A stretch of 63,854 bases of DNA, counting the filler, from Diploschistes diacapsis (lineage: Eukaryota): assembly GCA_023645945.1 (NCBI GenBank). It is 11 parts of 11 records of this genome, joined end to end, with 100 filler letters (N's around TTAATTAATTAA, not from the genome) between each part and the next. Parts side by side here need not be neighbours in the genome. Positions count along the whole stretch, not along the records: positions 60,230 to 63,854 come from JALAIB010001880.1; 10 more parts are not named here. One strand, given 5' to 3'. The position numbers and the translations under genes are program-made. The notes beneath the pieces were generated by a model that did not search any database, was not told the origin of the DNA, and saw only the letters and a program-made list of their open reading frames with translations. Numbering within the stretch: the stretch's first letter is position 1; each line of letters begins with the position of its first letter. Below, piece by piece: positions 61,037 through 63,854 of this stretch.

Positions 61037-62103
61037 GATGGCAGTTGATGTCGGTCGTTAGATGAGTGTGGAACGGGTAAAAGTTTCAAGGTGAGCTCTG
61101 AATAGAGCAATATAACCGCCTTGTAAAATCAAGTTGTCGGGGGTTTGAGGACAACAAGATGATGAAGTGATGGTGATACCGGAGGTTGACCCTCAGCTGA
61201 GATTAAGCTACACGTATCTCGTTTGTGTAAAGCGATGTTGGGGAATTCAGAGTATTGAGAGCGGCGGAGTGACTGGAGCCACGAGTTCGCTGTGAATCAG
61301 GTCAAGTCGGGGTATAAGTGAGTAGCGGAGGTCGTGGGTAGAGAAGAGTCGATTGAATGTTCAGAAAGTGATGCAATATCACAGGATATAGAGAGAAGCC
61401 AGATATATGTTGTAAAAGGTAGGCCACAAGGAGGATGAAGTGAGTTGATGCAAGTCGGATTGCTAGACGAGCATAAAACAAGCACAAAGGAGTTGGGCCC
61501 GGTATATCGATAACAGATGATGTTGAGATGTCTTTCCTTCTGTACACGAGGCCCTCCAGAGCACGATGACCAGGGCGGTGCGATAGTGACAATTCAAGTG
61601 TCGACTCTAAGTGTGAAGCAGGCAGCAGGAGTGGTTCAAGATGTGGCAAGCGATTGTGCAGCAGCAGGATACCAATGCAGAACAACGAGATTGTTGCTAT
61701 TGAGGAAGTTCTCTTTCGAACCGACAGTCTTAAAGCTTGTACATCATCCCAGCCATGCAGCCCTCGATCAAGATTTGATGGAAGGTTGGGAGCAGATCTC
61801 AGTGTTTACTTAAGCGAGAAGCGCAGGATCTGACCGTGGTGGCGGGGAGGCCGTTGGTGGGGCTGGGGAGTGCTTCAACCGCGCAAAACACGTGCTTTTC
61901 CAGGCTGCTTCCCCCGTATTGATGATCTACAAAGCATTTTTTATCTCATTTTTTATATGCTTGGTCGCCTTCGCGCAATATGCTGACAAGTAACCCCATC
62001 CAACTCCTGGTATCGCTTCATATTACTCGTACATCAGGTTGATCATCGAGCGAGTGGAGGTCAATCCATTCTTGACCTGGCCTGAGCTTCTTCCCCATGT
62101 CCT

Positions 62104-62847
62104 TTACGAGCCTTGTGATCGGCTCTCGATGTCCTTCCGATATTCCATGTCGAACACTTCCTCCGCCTCGAGGCTAGCGACAAACTTCTTCCTCTGCAGA
62201 TCAATGCAGGCGAAGACAAAGAGGGTGATGTGAATGATGCTACCACTGGTTAGCATGTACTTGCTGAGAGGGGAGGCTGCCGTGGCTTACAAGATGAAGA
62301 AAAGAAGAACCAGACCGGCAATTTCCAGCCGGCCAATCTGGTACGCGACCGGGGTGCATGTCTCTGACCAGGTGTTGAAGAAGAACGTGCAGTCAATCGA
62401 GCCGTCTGCGTTCGGGATAGCTTGTGTCCAGTACCAGAAGACGCCACCAAGGATGCCGAACACGATTGCGGGCACTGAAAGGCCCCAAACGACAAGATCG
62501 AGTCCAATGCGGATGGCCGGGTGAATGGGTCGCTTGTTTCTAAAAAGGAGGTGCATCACAAGTGCGATGGGGTTGTACAGAAGAGAGAAGATGATCTACT
62601 CTGATCAGCTTCCATATTGGGTAGGCTTAATAATGGAGCATACTGGAGCAAGACATAGCCCATCAGACCAATCACCGGTTCCTTGTGTATTGGTAAAGTT
62701 ATCGTTCGTGTATGCAATGGCAGCTGCGAATATTGTCATGGCGATCAGACCAAAGACTGTCGCAATGGCCCTGAGAAGGGCTTTGAGCGCCCATCGCGAA
62801 TCCTGGAGCAACGCTTGGCGTGCCTGTTCTACCTCCGAGACTGGCAT
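62104..62847 (-). CDS. Four-TM (MARVEL-like) fungal membrane protein, 3 exons (62847-62644, 62595-62291, 62239-62104)
   Basis: ALKALLRAIATVFGLIAMTIFAAAIAY...LAP|IIFSLLYNPIALVMHLL..RPIHPAIRIGLDLVVWGL...EIAGLVLLFFI|IIHITLFVFACID. Canonical introns. Confidence 0.8.
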
Positions 62848-63854
62848 GATCAGGTTTGCGGGAATATTTGCTGCTCTGGAGGATGGTGACTGCGAATATG
62901 AAAGGGCACTCTTTGGCCAGAGCTTGAAGGGAGCAAAAGCCGAAGGAGGGAATGGTCAAGCAGGACTAGCCTGGGAACGAGCGAAAGAAGAGGTAGAGAT
63001 GGAAGAAGTCGGGATCTTCAGGTTGTTCAGGCACTTTGAAGCTTGACGGCCAAACAACAGGAAACACTCCATCAACAATTGAGGGTCGGACCTGGTCTCT
63101 ATATCTATAGCTTTGATGCGCAACACTTTCAAGGGATTTCATCCTCCACCACCTGCACCACGCGTATGCTTTCCGTGCTCAAGCCTTTTCAATCGTTGGC
63201 GGCGCGTACCTGACATTGTATAAGCCAGTCAATCGCGCTGTCGCCCTCCACTTTATGCTATCTAGGGAACGGGGCGCTTGAGCAAACAAGGAGAACTTCA
63301 GCTACTCCACAGAAGAGACGATCAAGCTTGATGCACGGGCCATGTACCAATTTTAGGACTAGGGACGGCGGTTATGGACTTGGTAGCCAATCAGGAATCC
63401 GAAAAGGGAAATCGGAGTAAACCTGTTGGGCTTAACCGAGATGGTCTAACTGGCTGTACTTTACTTGGCTGCAATTCCACTTGTTGAATGCATCACACAT
63501 CCTGTCCTGTACTTGAACATCATAGGCAGTAGGGACATACTTGAATGGGCACTATGCGAATGTCACTGTCCCAGTTACGGGGCATGAAGTCTGAAGGACC
63601 GATCCGAAAACAACAACTAGGAGCATCTATGTATGGGAAAAAACCTTCGACCAGATGCCCTTCCCAACAACAACGTCTTGATAAACCCATATTCTCCTCG
63701 TATTTCTTGCCCCACATCCATGACATAATCTTTCACTCCCCTTCCTCCACCCTCCTCGCTTCATTCCCACAAACTGACCTGCACCGCTCTTCCCTCCCAC
63801 CTCGCCGCCACGAAGAACGCTATTCTCCGTGTTGGGCACGGGGACATACTGCGC

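Overview
Genomic DNA of a filamentous ascomycete (Pezizomycotina; short GT-AG introns, active RIP). The window is not one locus. It is a contig of at least 26 kb followed by ten ~3.7-kb contigs, joined by identical 100-bp N44-TTAATTAATTAA-N44 spacers. Their lengths fall strictly (3696, 3692, 3683, 3676, 3672, 3668, 3657, 3653, 3652, >=3625 bp), so adjacency across gaps is artificial. Recognisable host genes: RHO1, AXL2, a 2OG-Fe(II) oxygenase (partial), CAF-1 large subunit CAC1/RLF2, glucosylceramide synthase (3' end), STE12/SteA, NAA10/ARD1 (5' end), CDC26 (5' end), eIF3m, several hypothetical genes and a 47-aa single-TM microprotein. Mobile DNA: (1) a heavily RIP-mutated segment whose de-RIPed translation resembles the N-terminus of a Starship captain (DUF3435 tyrosine recombinase), head-to-head with CAC1; (2) a RIPed hAT element with a second gene and 13-bp motif pairs inside its introns; (3) two RIPed copies of a Ty3/Gypsy element, one of which shows a Gag ORF with three extra His/Cys motifs; (4) a chromodomain relic; (5) two intact MITEs flanking eIF3m. 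Between AXL2 and the oxygenase lies a ~19-kb region with no intact gene, holding decayed reading frames and faint NACHT/ankyrin relics. All family calls are by-eye motif recognition; no searches were run.
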